Translations under genes and position numbers: made by a program
Virus record (IMG/VR): IMGVR_UViG_3300031521_000043
Location: 1-64,000 of that record
Source: a virus
DNA length: 64,000 nt
Strand: one strand, 5' to 3'
Notes under the pieces: generated by a model
Told to the model about the DNA's origin: nothing
Seen by the model: only the letters and a program-made list of their open reading frames with translations
Databases searched by the model: none
Shown here: in pieces, positions 21,001-29,876 of the stretch
Numbering within the stretch: position 1 is the stretch's first letter
Layout of the letters: the number at the start of each line of letters is the position of its first letter

Positions 21001-21210
21001 TACACATTCAGGACTTAAATCCAATTTACTATTAACAACATCACCAAGAATAAAAATGGCTGTAGTTGGTGGGGTCTTATAAATATCCTCAAATAGTTTA
21101 TGAAATACTGTTCGATATTCTTCATGGCGTCGTGTAAGTCGAATGTGAATATCTGCGACGTGGACGATATGACTGAATTGTATGTTAGTTGGTAATTGTG
21201 TAATTGGCAT
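18001..21210 (-). CDS. Fused Mre11/SbcD nuclease and Rad50/SbcC ATPase (gp47-gp46-like)
   Basis: DIH, GD, GNHD and GDIH phosphoesterase motifs; NASGKSS Walker A; CEFC Zn-hook; SGFE signature; IIDEG. Confidence 0.93.
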   Translation of the reverse strand: MPITQLPTNIQFSHIVHVADIHIRLTRRHEEYRTVFHKLFEDIYKTPPTTAIFILGDVVNSKLDLSPECVDVAAEFLREAANLRPTVLITGNHDTNLTNRNRMDSLSPIVDALNHPNLFYLKESGLYGLGNICINNYSVFDTPDKYLKGADIPSIYKNQFEYFIATYHGQMDGAVSDLGFKFVFPQVSVDLFDNHDIVLMGDIHKIQDLQEYDYDAFKPIIHYCGSLIQQKHDEPLTGHGYSFWNLQRRDYSHIEVPNEYGFFSVVVDNGTVTTDFTNIPKKARIRIQHKNSTPSEIKAAISLAKQATEVVDISYDKLDTGTSLIRIPSSSGNVVLGNIDDKNYQVTLITDYLKTKLKITDQSLIDGIIKINNEVNDLVKKDDFARNIRWMPIKFEWENMFSYGEGNVIDFTKTKDLVGLFAANASGKSSIFSALTFCLFDKCERTSTAKNIMNDKKTTFSCKFEFELDGKRYFISRNATTDKKGKVKVDVKFWKLENGEKVDLNGEQRRNTNEVIREYLGSYDDFALTSLSVQNGKNNASVIDMGDADRKDLFAQFMGLTVFDRLYTEGNERLKELFVLIKTYRNDDYTTKLLEYQNFLEQAELLYESEQSTLVGIGKHRELLQSSILETTKKLIKIDGNIPSIERSLSMLDKVKKSAITSKDNIINKEKEIETVAGQLTQVELEITNLESKNVSDLASQLRTFQETKRSIENKREQLKLSYLRDMKVFDRAKDIDYDPDCEFCVKHVGSIAQDAKEAKERMEKIQSEASEIKAKLDIVEAKIVEIQWSHESNIRLTGLLSKRNTLKDDRIKLTDDINSLRKDLSKFEDDIKTHEKNVELYNKNIESMTFNDNITSQINEFKQELENVEYSYKTKTKTVMDINSKISVCKNQISEINNKIAKIQIVEKEYKLYELYCQSVSRDGIPFDVITATVPEVQNEVNSILSQICEFTALFETDGNNIVPYIVYNGRQWLMSLTSGFEKFALSLAIRVALINISNLPKPNFLIIDEGMGVMDAENLSKLPILFEYLKSNFDFLLVVSHLEALRDMVDSHLEISKKDGFSYVNYI

Positions 21211-21679
21211 AACTGAAAATTGGTTTGACGTGTAAATCTTCTACAAAATCGTAAAATAATTTTTCCCACGGTTTATATTTTCCTAAAAATCCTACATGTT
21301 TATATTGAAATCTTAAAGCATCCATTTCTGATGCTGACGTCCCAAAATATTTTCTTGCAACCTTATCATATTCATCTCCATCTGCCTCATACGATTTACA
21401 GTGCGGTTCGTCATATTTTACTCCACGGTAATACTGCATGTGATGTCGCCATTCATGTGCAATAATTCCAGCCTTAACATCATCTTCAAATTCATTACCT
21501 ACAACAATTACTCCATATTTCATAGATAGTGGCTTTCCTGTAATAGTGAATATTTCAGTTTCTTCATTGGGTGAATAATAAAGTCCGCCGCTTCCAGTTA
21601 AGGGATATTCCATGACTTCAGGAATAGGCAGAGTTTTGTCGGTTTTATTTCTAATCCAATTTGTTTCTAATGATTTCAT
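21185..21679 (-). CDS. Putative zincin metallopeptidase
   Basis: IIAHEWRHHMQ plus a downstream SEMDA motif. Confidence 0.65.
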   Translation of the reverse strand: MKSLETNWIRNKTDKTLPIPEVMEYPLTGSGGLYYSPNEETEIFTITGKPLSMKYGVIVVGNEFEDDVKAGIIAHEWRHHMQYYRGVKYDEPHCKSYEADGDEYDKVARKYFGTSASEMDALRFQYKHVGFLGKYKPWEKLFYDFVEDLHVKPIFSYANYTITN

Positions 21680-22608
21680 GAGTTAAGTTTCGCTTTAATT
21701 ATGTCGCAGAAGTCAAATGCTTTTGAGTTGTTAATAAGTTCTTGCATCGCATCAAATCCAAGAACAGACGGGTCTTTCTTTCCCAATTCTATCAAATGAA
21801 TGTCAATTTTATTGACTTGTAAATCTTCAATTCTATCAAAAATGTTTATAGCTTGTTTTAAAGCGTCGTTATCCAATACAATGTTTACACGTTTTACTTT
21901 ATTAGTTACTATTGCAAGTTTTAATGCAAAATTAATGGTAGTTCCAAATAACGGTATTACATTATTCTTAACTGCCATACCGTCAAATGTTCCTTCCACC
22001 AAAGTAATCGGCTCGGCCCAATTTATGAATAGTTCAAAACCTATAACATCTTTTGGCCAAGGAGGCAACATGTATTTGTAAGAATTTCCTTCGTGGTATG
22101 CTCGAGCGGCAAAGAAATTTATGTCACCATTTTTATCGTAAGATGGAACTACTACACGATGCTGATAATTGCCTTGTTCACAAAATCCTATATTATATCT
22201 AATAATATCATCCATTGTAACATTTCTGTTTTGAAGATACGACATGGCATGACCATATCCAAAATTATTGGACGGTTCCCATAAAGGTATGAATTCGTCA
22301 GGCAAAGACAAATTAACCGTTGGTTTACTGTCTACATCAGATTTAACCCAATTTTGACCTATGATTTTATATAACTCATCAAAGTATTTTTCTTTTGTTT
22401 TGAGTTTATAAAATAACGAACGAATTGATTTTCCACATGCATTACAAATCCAACAATGCCATTCTTGAGTTCTAACGTTAACTTCTAGTTTTTTCTTGTA
22501 ATGTGAACAAAAAGGACAATAATAAACTGCTTCTTCACCCTTACGAATGAATGAAGTTTGGTTTAATACTTTATCAAGCAGAGAAAATAATTGTGACTCT
22601 TTTAGCAT
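21676..22608 (-). CDS. DNA primase (Zn finger plus TOPRIM)
   Basis: CPFC..CWIC, LVEGTFD and VLDNDA motifs. Confidence 0.9.
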   Translation of the reverse strand: MLKESQLFSLLDKVLNQTSFIRKGEEAVYYCPFCSHYKKKLEVNVRTQEWHCWICNACGKSIRSLFYKLKTKEKYFDELYKIIGQNWVKSDVDSKPTVNLSLPDEFIPLWEPSNNFGYGHAMSYLQNRNVTMDDIIRYNIGFCEQGNYQHRVVVPSYDKNGDINFFAARAYHEGNSYKYMLPPWPKDVIGFELFINWAEPITLVEGTFDGMAVKNNVIPLFGTTINFALKLAIVTNKVKRVNIVLDNDALKQAINIFDRIEDLQVNKIDIHLIELGKKDPSVLGFDAMQELINNSKAFDFCDIIKAKLNS

Positions 22609-22649
22609 TTTGAGAGATGCTAATGTATAAAAAGTCGACAGTCAACTTA

Positions 22650-23003
22650 TTATGAAATGATACCGGAACTTCTTAAATATGACAATAACGTGTTAAATTG
22701 TTGAAGTGACGAAGAAACGGACGTTATAAAATTGTTAAATTCTGTAGGTGAACTAAACCCATATCCAGATGCCGAAACTGAACCTGTAAGAGAACCAGCA
22801 TCAGTTACTGCGCCTTTCGATGGATAAAAGTATGATGCGCTTAATGATTGACTTGCAAAAGAAGATGATGCACAATTTAACTGTAAATAGGTAATTTGGT
22901 TTCCAAGTCCATCGGCTATAATAGACCCGGACGTAACCACAGATGCAGTATAAGTTATAACAGGGTTTTGGTTTGTTAAAGTTAATGAAGATATGATAGG
23001 CAT
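22650..23003 (-). CDS. Small S/T-rich putative virion protein
   Basis: Shares DGLGxxIT with the neighbouring ORF 23012-23293. Confidence 0.55.
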   Translation of the reverse strand: MPIISSLTLTNQNPVITYTASVVTSGSIIADGLGNQITYLQLNCASSSFASQSLSASYFYPSKGAVTDAGSLTGSVSASGYGFSSPTEFNNFITSVSSSLQQFNTLLSYLRSSGIIS

Positions 23004-23011
23004 ATATTAAA

Positions 23012-23293
23012 TTATGGGGCAACTGACCAACTTATAATTAGACCGTTATTCACGTATACAGATTGAGTAGTGTGTGTTCCAGTATCAACCCACGATTTGG
23101 TTGTTGTCAACCCTACTGTAGACGTATAAGATGAAGATAGAGAATATGATGATGTAATGTTAACTGATGTTATCTCGTATCCAAGGCCATCTACAAAAGA
23201 TGATGATGCCGTATTCGATTGTAGTAAATCATTATAGGTCGCTGCTGGAGTTTTACCTGTTAGGTCAAATGTTGGATAGTGTGTTGCTGGCAT
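23012..23293 (-). CDS. Small S/T-rich putative virion protein
   Basis: 93 aa; TATTTATA motif upstream at 23318-23325. Confidence 0.55.
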   Translation of the reverse strand: MPATHYPTFDLTGKTPAATYNDLLQSNTASSSFVDGLGYEITSVNITSSYSLSSSYTSTVGLTTTKSWVDTGTHTTQSVYVNNGLIISWSVAP

Positions 23294-23352
23294 AGTTTTA
23301 TGATTTTATGGTTCTTTTATAAATATGTAAATTTCCACCCTTTATATCATTT

Positions 23353-23847
23353 TTAACCAAATAATGCCAAGGTCACGGCATCATACATATCTCCGTTATG
23401 CATATCCCAATCTCCATTTCTATTAAGTTTTTCAAATTCTTTTATATTTGGAACATAGAGAGGAACTTGAGATTTAACGTATTCTTTTGGTTTTATTCCT
23501 TTAATTCTTGATTTACCAAACACTTTCTTCCTTACTGTATTAACATTCAAACTGATTATTGGTTTTTTCCAAGTTTCTTCTAAAATATAACAAATTACCG
23601 ATTTATTTTTTACCAATTTAATTAATGTTTGTTGTGATGTAAAGCCAGAAGAAAATCCTGATAAAGTTTCTTCTACATTAATTTTATCAAATTCTTTACC
23701 GTCTAAACCCTCTATAATCATTTTTGATTTTTCTTTATATGTTTCAACTTTTTCTATTCGAAAAAATCCGGCATCTACTATAATGCCGCTGTCGGATATT
23801 GCCCAGCCGCAAGTAGAGGTTGATAAATCTAATCCAAGTATTTTCAT
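23353..23847 (-). CDS. RuvC-like Holliday junction resolvase
   Basis: ILGLDLSTSTCGW, VEE and DMYDA acidic motifs. Confidence 0.8.
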   Translation of the reverse strand: MKILGLDLSTSTCGWAISDSGIIVDAGFFRIEKVETYKEKSKMIIEGLDGKEFDKINVEETLSGFSSGFTSQQTLIKLVKNKSVICYILEETWKKPIISLNVNTVRKKVFGKSRIKGIKPKEYVKSQVPLYVPNIKEFEKLNRNGDWDMHNGDMYDAVTLALFG

Positions 23848-24407
23848 ATAGGTTTATTAAATCTTTTCTTTTGAGAAATAGACATTTTTAATTTGGTTTC
23901 TTCACTAATAGGTTTTCGAGTTTTCCACGCCAATGACATTTTTTGTTTTGCCTCATTTGAATGTATTTTTCCAAACATAGAATTTCTATTTCCTACTCTT
24001 AATTTTGCCGATTGACTCATTTTCTTCTTTGTTTCTTCTGAAAATGTTAGTCCTTTACTCCAACTTACTTGGACGCCTATTTTTCCTTTATTCCACGGAA
24101 TTTTATTTTTCATTGGAGATAATGCGTCGTATGCTATATTGTAATATAGAGTTGGGTTAACTTTACAAACATCTAAATATTTTTGTTCATATTCTATAAG
24201 TTTATCTTTAATAGTTTCTTCAATTATACAAAACTCAAAATTATCAGCGCCATATTTATTCCATGAAGATTGTAAATGGTTATTATCATGTCGATTTTCT
24301 TTGAGTAATCGTTGATGATATCTCCACCTATGAAAAATGTCATTGGAACTTCCAATATAACACTTTCCATTTACTTTATTGATTATTTTATAAATTCCAC
24401 AAGGCAT
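23844..24407 (-). CDS. GIY-YIG homing endonuclease with NUMOD3 repeats
   Basis: CGIYKIINKVNGKCYIGSS and SEETKKKMS repeats. Confidence 0.9.
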   Translation of the reverse strand: MPCGIYKIINKVNGKCYIGSSNDIFHRWRYHQRLLKENRHDNNHLQSSWNKYGADNFEFCIIEETIKDKLIEYEQKYLDVCKVNPTLYYNIAYDALSPMKNKIPWNKGKIGVQVSWSKGLTFSEETKKKMSQSAKLRVGNRNSMFGKIHSNEAKQKMSLAWKTRKPISEETKLKMSISQKKRFNKPI

Positions 24408-24409
24408 AC

Positions 24410-24457
24410 TAAACACAAAAGAACTTTCTATTTATATGGGAAGTTCTTTTGTGTTTA
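24410..24457. terminator. 17-bp perfect inverted repeat (terminator or translational-control hairpin)
   Basis: taaacacaaaagaactt / aagttcttttgtgttta flanking a 14-nt loop. Confidence 0.6.
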
Positions 24458-24472
24458 TTTTTTTATATCGTA

Positions 24473-24748
24473 TTAACTTGGAAATGAAGAATCATATTTT
24501 TTAGTGTTAAGTCCCTTGACATATATGGATAAATCGCCGCCATCATTTTTAAAATCGGATACTTCTAGTTTTTGAGCGGTTAGGAATCCGTTTTTAATTT
24601 GAAATTGTGAACTCTGAAAACTTGCAAATAATGCATCAACACCGCTTTCGATGATGTTTTTAGCGTCATATGCTCCACCGGCTTTCTGTGTGGCATATCT
24701 TGTTGCCAAGTCGGTTGTCAATGATGGTCTTGGTGATGGTGTTGGCAT
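24473..24748 (-). CDS. Hypothetical protein
   Basis: 91 aa; TATTTATA motif upstream. Confidence 0.65.
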   Translation of the reverse strand: MPTPSPRPSLTTDLATRYATQKAGGAYDAKNIIESGVDALFASFQSSQFQIKNGFLTAQKLEVSDFKNDGGDLSIYVKGLNTKKYDSSFPS

Positions 24749-24778
24749 AATACTTTATTCCTTTAATTATAAATATAG

Positions 24779-27469
24779 TTAAAAATCTATTTTCACTACA
24801 AAATTGATTGGAAAGTCTGGAGTTATTTTAATAGGAGAACCTAATTTCGCAATTGCAACCAAATCTGTTCCATTATAAAGGCCAATTGATGTCACTGTTG
24901 GGGCCAGGTACGAGCCTGTTGGGTCGGCCGTACTTAATCGACTATAATCTAAGAAATTTTGATTTATCACAGGAGGTTGACCTCTAAGGGTTTTTCCGTC
25001 CATATAATCGAGAATACTGCTTAGATACTTGTTTTGAGAATTTGGTGTAATATATGACTCATAGTTTTTTTGGGTCAATCTATAAATAAAATATTTCCAT
25101 AAAATGTTCATGTCGTTGGAATTGATTTTATTATCATCGTTAAAATCCAAATCTTCAAACATGGTATTATTGATATAAGAATAACTTGAAGAAAACAAAC
25201 TATCTGTACTTACCCAAGACGAAGAATACATGTTATACACGGATGTTTCTTCGTCTGTTGTAATGTCAAGAACTGAAGAAGTCCAATCGGTATTTGGTCT
25301 ACCTGTAGTTTCTGTGTTTTTATATGCCATATATCTCAATAAAACATCAGCGTCTTGGAAATCAAACCTCCCGTTTTTGTTGACATCAAATTTAGCATTA
25401 GGTAACACTATAGCCGAAGGATTTGTACTAACATTAAACTCACCAGGTTCTACAGGACATACAACTTGTTTTTCAAATACTGTCTGTTTTGATTTGAAAT
25501 CAATTTCATACTCATATTCATTGGTAGCAACACTATTCAATTGCAATCCTTCAAAGTTTGAACCTGAGGTCATGATTACAACTTTTCCATTTCTATAAAA
25601 TACATTTCCTACATAGAATTGTTCACGTAGATTTTTAAGATTATAGATATAAGCCTTGCCACTCAAATCGGCTATATCACTAACACTTCCAGTAAAACTT
25701 CCTGTAAGACTGTTTAAATCCATTTGTGTAGTAGAACCTGACATTAACATTGGAGCGCCAATAATAATAAATTGATTTGATATATCTACATCCCATCCAT
25801 ACGCTCTATATGGAGATAATAGTCGTTTTTTTGTTTGATAAACATTAGTAATGTTCCAATCCACATTAGTTGTATCAGAGACGGATGATGTTATTTTATT
25901 GTATAACACAAACTGACCGTTAAGAGAATTTTCACTGGCATCTCCACAGTAATTTTCTTGAAATAATGACCCTCTAAGATAACAAATAGAAGATGATAAT
26001 GCGTTTACTTTTGGTACACCGGCAACCGCATATTTATCAAAAATACTAACTGACCAGCCCAACAAATTATTATCCATTATTTTTTCGTTGCCATATGATT
26101 TGCGTGCGAGATAATATCCGTAGTCTCTATTACTACAACGGTCAAAGAAATACACAGCGCCTTGCTGATATAATGATGACCCAGTATATTCATGAATAAT
26201 TCTATCGTATGGTGCGCCGACCATTACACTATCACCATACATTGATACGGCGTATCCAAAAGAATCTTGATTGTTTGGATAATTTTCAACGATTGGTAAT
26301 GTCGGATAAAATGGCAATGGATAGATTGAACTGCTATCAGGTTTTAATGTAAATGTATTTTTCCATTGATTCCCATCAAATTCATAAATATATGCCTTGG
26401 AACTGCTGACTTTAGAGCTACCAACCACCATACTCCAACTAAACGATGATGACGCCTTGTTCATTCCAATGTCAGAACCAAATTTGTCTCCGGTTCCTAT
26501 ATCTGATGGCAATGGTAAGGTTTGAACAAATGACCAACTTAGGTTGTTTCCATTATATTTTCTGAACATGAATACCGAACCAAAACTACTGGATTCATAA
26601 GGAGAACCTACAGCCAACCATTCATCGTTTAATGATACTGAATATCCAAATGAAGATGTAGTTAATGTGTTTGGGTTGTATAAGGTTGTTAAATATGGAT
26701 TTGTTCCAACGACACCAACGGCTCTTTGAGATAATCCTACTATGCTTGACGTAGTATAATATGTTGGAATAGTAATATCCCCGCCGCTGTTAGATGTGAC
26801 CCCTACTGCTACGTTTAACCATGTAGAGGTTGGAGATGAGTCTTTTGTTTGAAAAATTACATATGAATAATTTTGTAATGATGGTACATCGACAGTCACG
26901 GTTATATAACCACCAATTGAGCCGGTTCCTATAATTGTTGGAGATGTTCTGTTTGCATAAGGGTCGATATCCAAAACAGACAAATCAAATAAATCCACAT
27001 ATCCAGAACCAGAAAACACTAACGATTGTGATGAAAATGTAAATACATTTCTGTAATATGGATTGCCAACAGCTAATAATGTATTGCGTATGTCTATGGC
27101 CCAACCATAACCATCTTCCGATGATGTATAATATTGAGCAGAATCCACCATCAAATCCTTATCAGCAGTATATGGAATAGAGCCCGTGTATTCTGTATGG
27201 ATAATGTCGTATGGGCCAGTCGAACCTGTATTGTTCAGCTCTGTGGATAAAAGAACTTGTTCTGTAGATGTTGCTGGTCTATAAAGAATTGTTTTAACAT
27301 CATGAACGTCGGTGTTAATATTATATTTATAAACTTCTACTGACCCTGTTCGGTTTATACTTGATGTTAATGGGTTAAATCGAAATGGGTTTGGATTTCC
27401 AACCGCCGCCCACACGTTATCGCAAGCCACAGAAAATCCAAAATTTTGATTATAAACTTGTGCAATCAT
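24779..27469 (-). CDS. Virion protein with FG-GAP-like repeats and dockerin/EF-hand motifs
   Basis: FGYSVS...VGSP/VGAP repeats; DVNKNGRFDFQD and DFNDDNKINSND; C-terminal TSIGLYN..LVAIAKL. Confidence 0.75.
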   Translation of the reverse strand: MIAQVYNQNFGFSVACDNVWAAVGNPNPFRFNPLTSSINRTGSVEVYKYNINTDVHDVKTILYRPATSTEQVLLSTELNNTGSTGPYDIIHTEYTGSIPYTADKDLMVDSAQYYTSSEDGYGWAIDIRNTLLAVGNPYYRNVFTFSSQSLVFSGSGYVDLFDLSVLDIDPYANRTSPTIIGTGSIGGYITVTVDVPSLQNYSYVIFQTKDSSPTSTWLNVAVGVTSNSGGDITIPTYYTTSSIVGLSQRAVGVVGTNPYLTTLYNPNTLTTSSFGYSVSLNDEWLAVGSPYESSSFGSVFMFRKYNGNNLSWSFVQTLPLPSDIGTGDKFGSDIGMNKASSSFSWSMVVGSSKVSSSKAYIYEFDGNQWKNTFTLKPDSSSIYPLPFYPTLPIVENYPNNQDSFGYAVSMYGDSVMVGAPYDRIIHEYTGSSLYQQGAVYFFDRCSNRDYGYYLARKSYGNEKIMDNNLLGWSVSIFDKYAVAGVPKVNALSSSICYLRGSLFQENYCGDASENSLNGQFVLYNKITSSVSDTTNVDWNITNVYQTKKRLLSPYRAYGWDVDISNQFIIIGAPMLMSGSTTQMDLNSLTGSFTGSVSDIADLSGKAYIYNLKNLREQFYVGNVFYRNGKVVIMTSGSNFEGLQLNSVATNEYEYEIDFKSKQTVFEKQVVCPVEPGEFNVSTNPSAIVLPNAKFDVNKNGRFDFQDADVLLRYMAYKNTETTGRPNTDWTSSVLDITTDEETSVYNMYSSSWVSTDSLFSSSYSYINNTMFEDLDFNDDNKINSNDMNILWKYFIYRLTQKNYESYITPNSQNKYLSSILDYMDGKTLRGQPPVINQNFLDYSRLSTADPTGSYLAPTVTSIGLYNGTDLVAIAKLGSPIKITPDFPINFVVKIDF

Positions 27470-27496
27470 AACTATAAATAGACTGACGTTACAAGT

Positions 27497-28735
27497 TTAG
27501 GACAATGTACGTCCCCAGTTCCACACATAAGTTAACGACAATGTTTGAATGTTTGACTTTGTTTGTGGTTGGTTAAATACACATGCAAATCCACAATAAA
27601 ATCCTTGATGTCCGTTAAAAGAGCTTCCTACGCCTATACAACGAATGTTATTAACGTTCGCGTTAGCAACAGCAAAAGTAGCAGTTTTATATGCCGTAAA
27701 CGATAATGGAACATATGCATCTTGAGTAAACGTGTCAGCAGCATACGAAACTCCATTAATTTCTCTATTTACACCTGAATTATAATTTGCGCAAGATTGT
27801 GAGTTTGTTGAAACAAATGCGCCCATAGTTGTTGCCGCCGGCTCACATACTCTTCCATCGGAGCCACCAGTATCATCTACCACAGAAACCCAACCAATGG
27901 TTGGCCCACCCAACTGTAAATTGTAAAAAAATCCAGTATCAGTTGAAGGAGAAACCGGCCATCCGGATACAGAGGCTGTTGCAGGATATCCAGGAGAACT
28001 TCCTGTTGGATATACTGCTATATCCAACTCATACATCAACCTAAGTTTTTGTCCTGCTAAAATGGATTGTGTTTGTGGTAATAATACTCTACTAAACACA
28101 TTGGCATTAGAAGTTCCTGACCCAACACCAACTTCTGTAAACACGATTGATGCCGTTTCATAAACAAAATCCCAAGTTCTTTTATTTTTTTGAACGTTTC
28201 CAACTATAGTAGTTCCACAATATGTTCCGTCCGAATTACCTACAAACATGTTGTTAGTAGAATGTACTAATGATTGTAATCCTGTTTGAGATGTTTTATA
28301 TATTGTAAATGGTTGTACACTTATTGTAGAGGTTGGTGTAATTGATGCGCTTATTCCTGATACGGCTAGTACTCGTACTTCTGATAAATCATTAAACTTA
28401 ATCATATCTCCTACTGACAATGCAGAAGAGTGACCTGAATTTGAACTGGTTAAGTTTTGTAGTCCTGTAGACCCAGTTACTAGTGTAAAAACAGAAGAGG
28501 CTACCGAACCAGAAGAATTTCCTGATGAAATGTTGTTAGTTCTTGTTCCTGTACCTACAAATCCATATGACATTACATCTGCATACAAAATAGTAGGTAT
28601 CTGGTCCATACCTTGGTTTAAAATTAAGTTTTTTTGCCATGGTAGTTCTGATACTACTTGTTCTTGTTGGTCAATAACAAACAGTTTATAACGTCCACTT
28701 AACGATTGTCCAATTTCGGCTTTTACATTATTCAT
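27497..28735 (-). CDS. Putative tail/baseplate protein
   Basis: KNLILNQG, EVGVG and FSRVLL motifs; tail-module context. Confidence 0.65.
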   Translation of the reverse strand: MNNVKAEIGQSLSGRYKLFVIDQQEQVVSELPWQKNLILNQGMDQIPTILYADVMSYGFVGTGTRTNNISSGNSSGSVASSVFTLVTGSTGLQNLTSSNSGHSSALSVGDMIKFNDLSEVRVLAVSGISASITPTSTISVQPFTIYKTSQTGLQSLVHSTNNMFVGNSDGTYCGTTIVGNVQKNKRTWDFVYETASIVFTEVGVGSGTSNANVFSRVLLPQTQSILAGQKLRLMYELDIAVYPTGSSPGYPATASVSGWPVSPSTDTGFFYNLQLGGPTIGWVSVVDDTGGSDGRVCEPAATTMGAFVSTNSQSCANYNSGVNREINGVSYAADTFTQDAYVPLSFTAYKTATFAVANANVNNIRCIGVGSSFNGHQGFYCGFACVFNQPQTKSNIQTLSLTYVWNWGRTLS

Positions 28736-28760
28736 AAATTATCACCTCATACATAGTTTA

Positions 28761-29870
28761 TTATATTACATTTCCACTGACAAATCCCGTCATCATTCTA
28801 GTATTGTCAAAGCTCATAGTTACAGTAAATGTCGTAACCAAACAAGAACCGGTGAAAAATGTTGTATAAAATTGGGATGTTTCAGGAAAACTTCCAGATA
28901 TAGGACTTGCCACGACGGGCAACACGGTAGTTAAAAGTGACCCTGTCAATAAGTTAGTAGTGATATAAGGATAATCAATTGAACTACTATCAGTAATAAC
29001 CAAGTCTACTACAGAACCGGAAAATAGTCCAACTACATATGATGAATTTTCAAAAGAACTACTATTAGTTACTACAGTATCTATTAATTGTCCAGAAACA
29101 AATGACATTATAGGGCCGGTAATATAATCCGTAATAGGTGGGGCTAGGTCTAAACTGCCACGAAAGAACGACGTTTCCATGCTAGGATAGTCTGTGATTG
29201 GCGATGTGTTATCATGCCAGTAATAATCACAGTATGATGATGACATATTTGCAATGAATTCATTGACGTATTCGCCCAACTCTTGTTGATGTGAAAACAG
29301 ATTTGTACCAGCAAAAAGATTACCATTACCATCATCTTTAATTTGATATGAATTATCTAAAGTATTATCATAAGCCACAAACGTTTTTGGAGTAATTTTT
29401 TCACCATAAACTGTTCTAGGAATATCAATCAACCGAAATCTATCCGATAAAATTCTTTTTGTTTGAGAAATTTGAAAATCTATATTTTCAATGCCCCAAA
29501 TTTTTGACGGGTCGAGATACATGTTATAAAACATCGTCTCTATTTGATGATATATGGAACGTTGGTATGTACCGTCATCGTTTGTTGGGTCTGTATCAGG
29601 ATAAAAAATTCCTTTAACATTTAATCCAATTTCTGTAGTAGCTAAATCGTTTGCTTGTTGTTCTAATGCTATGTCACACAAACTATTATCGATTGGATAT
29701 TCAGTTCCGTCTCCATAATCGATAAATTCTAATGCAAATGGGGTTCCATCATCTGAACCTGTAGATTCAGATAACAAAAGGTTTTCATTGTCACTATTGT
29801 TCAATCTCCAATCCTTCACCGCTGCGAACGGTGTAGTTTGAATTTGATATTTTTTCAATAGTTTTATCAT
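28761..29870 (-). CDS. Putative structural protein (paralog of 29877-30884)
   Basis: Shared N-terminal ~210 aa: QTTPF, GIFYPD, DGTYQR, YGEK, DDGNxNLFAG. Confidence 0.7.
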   Translation of the reverse strand: MIKLLKKYQIQTTPFAAVKDWRLNNSDNENLLLSESTGSDDGTPFALEFIDYGDGTEYPIDNSLCDIALEQQANDLATTEIGLNVKGIFYPDTDPTNDDGTYQRSIYHQIETMFYNMYLDPSKIWGIENIDFQISQTKRILSDRFRLIDIPRTVYGEKITPKTFVAYDNTLDNSYQIKDDGNGNLFAGTNLFSHQQELGEYVNEFIANMSSSYCDYYWHDNTSPITDYPSMETSFFRGSLDLAPPITDYITGPIMSFVSGQLIDTVVTNSSSFENSSYVVGLFSGSVVDLVITDSSSIDYPYITTNLLTGSLLTTVLPVVASPISGSFPETSQFYTTFFTGSCLVTTFTVTMSFDNTRMMTGFVSGNVI

Positions 29871-29876
29871 AATAAG

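Noticed and set aside
9911-22608. Inteins or introns in the portal, terminase, gp46/47 or primase
   Set aside because: Motif spacing is continuous; no intein termini or interrupted frames were seen.
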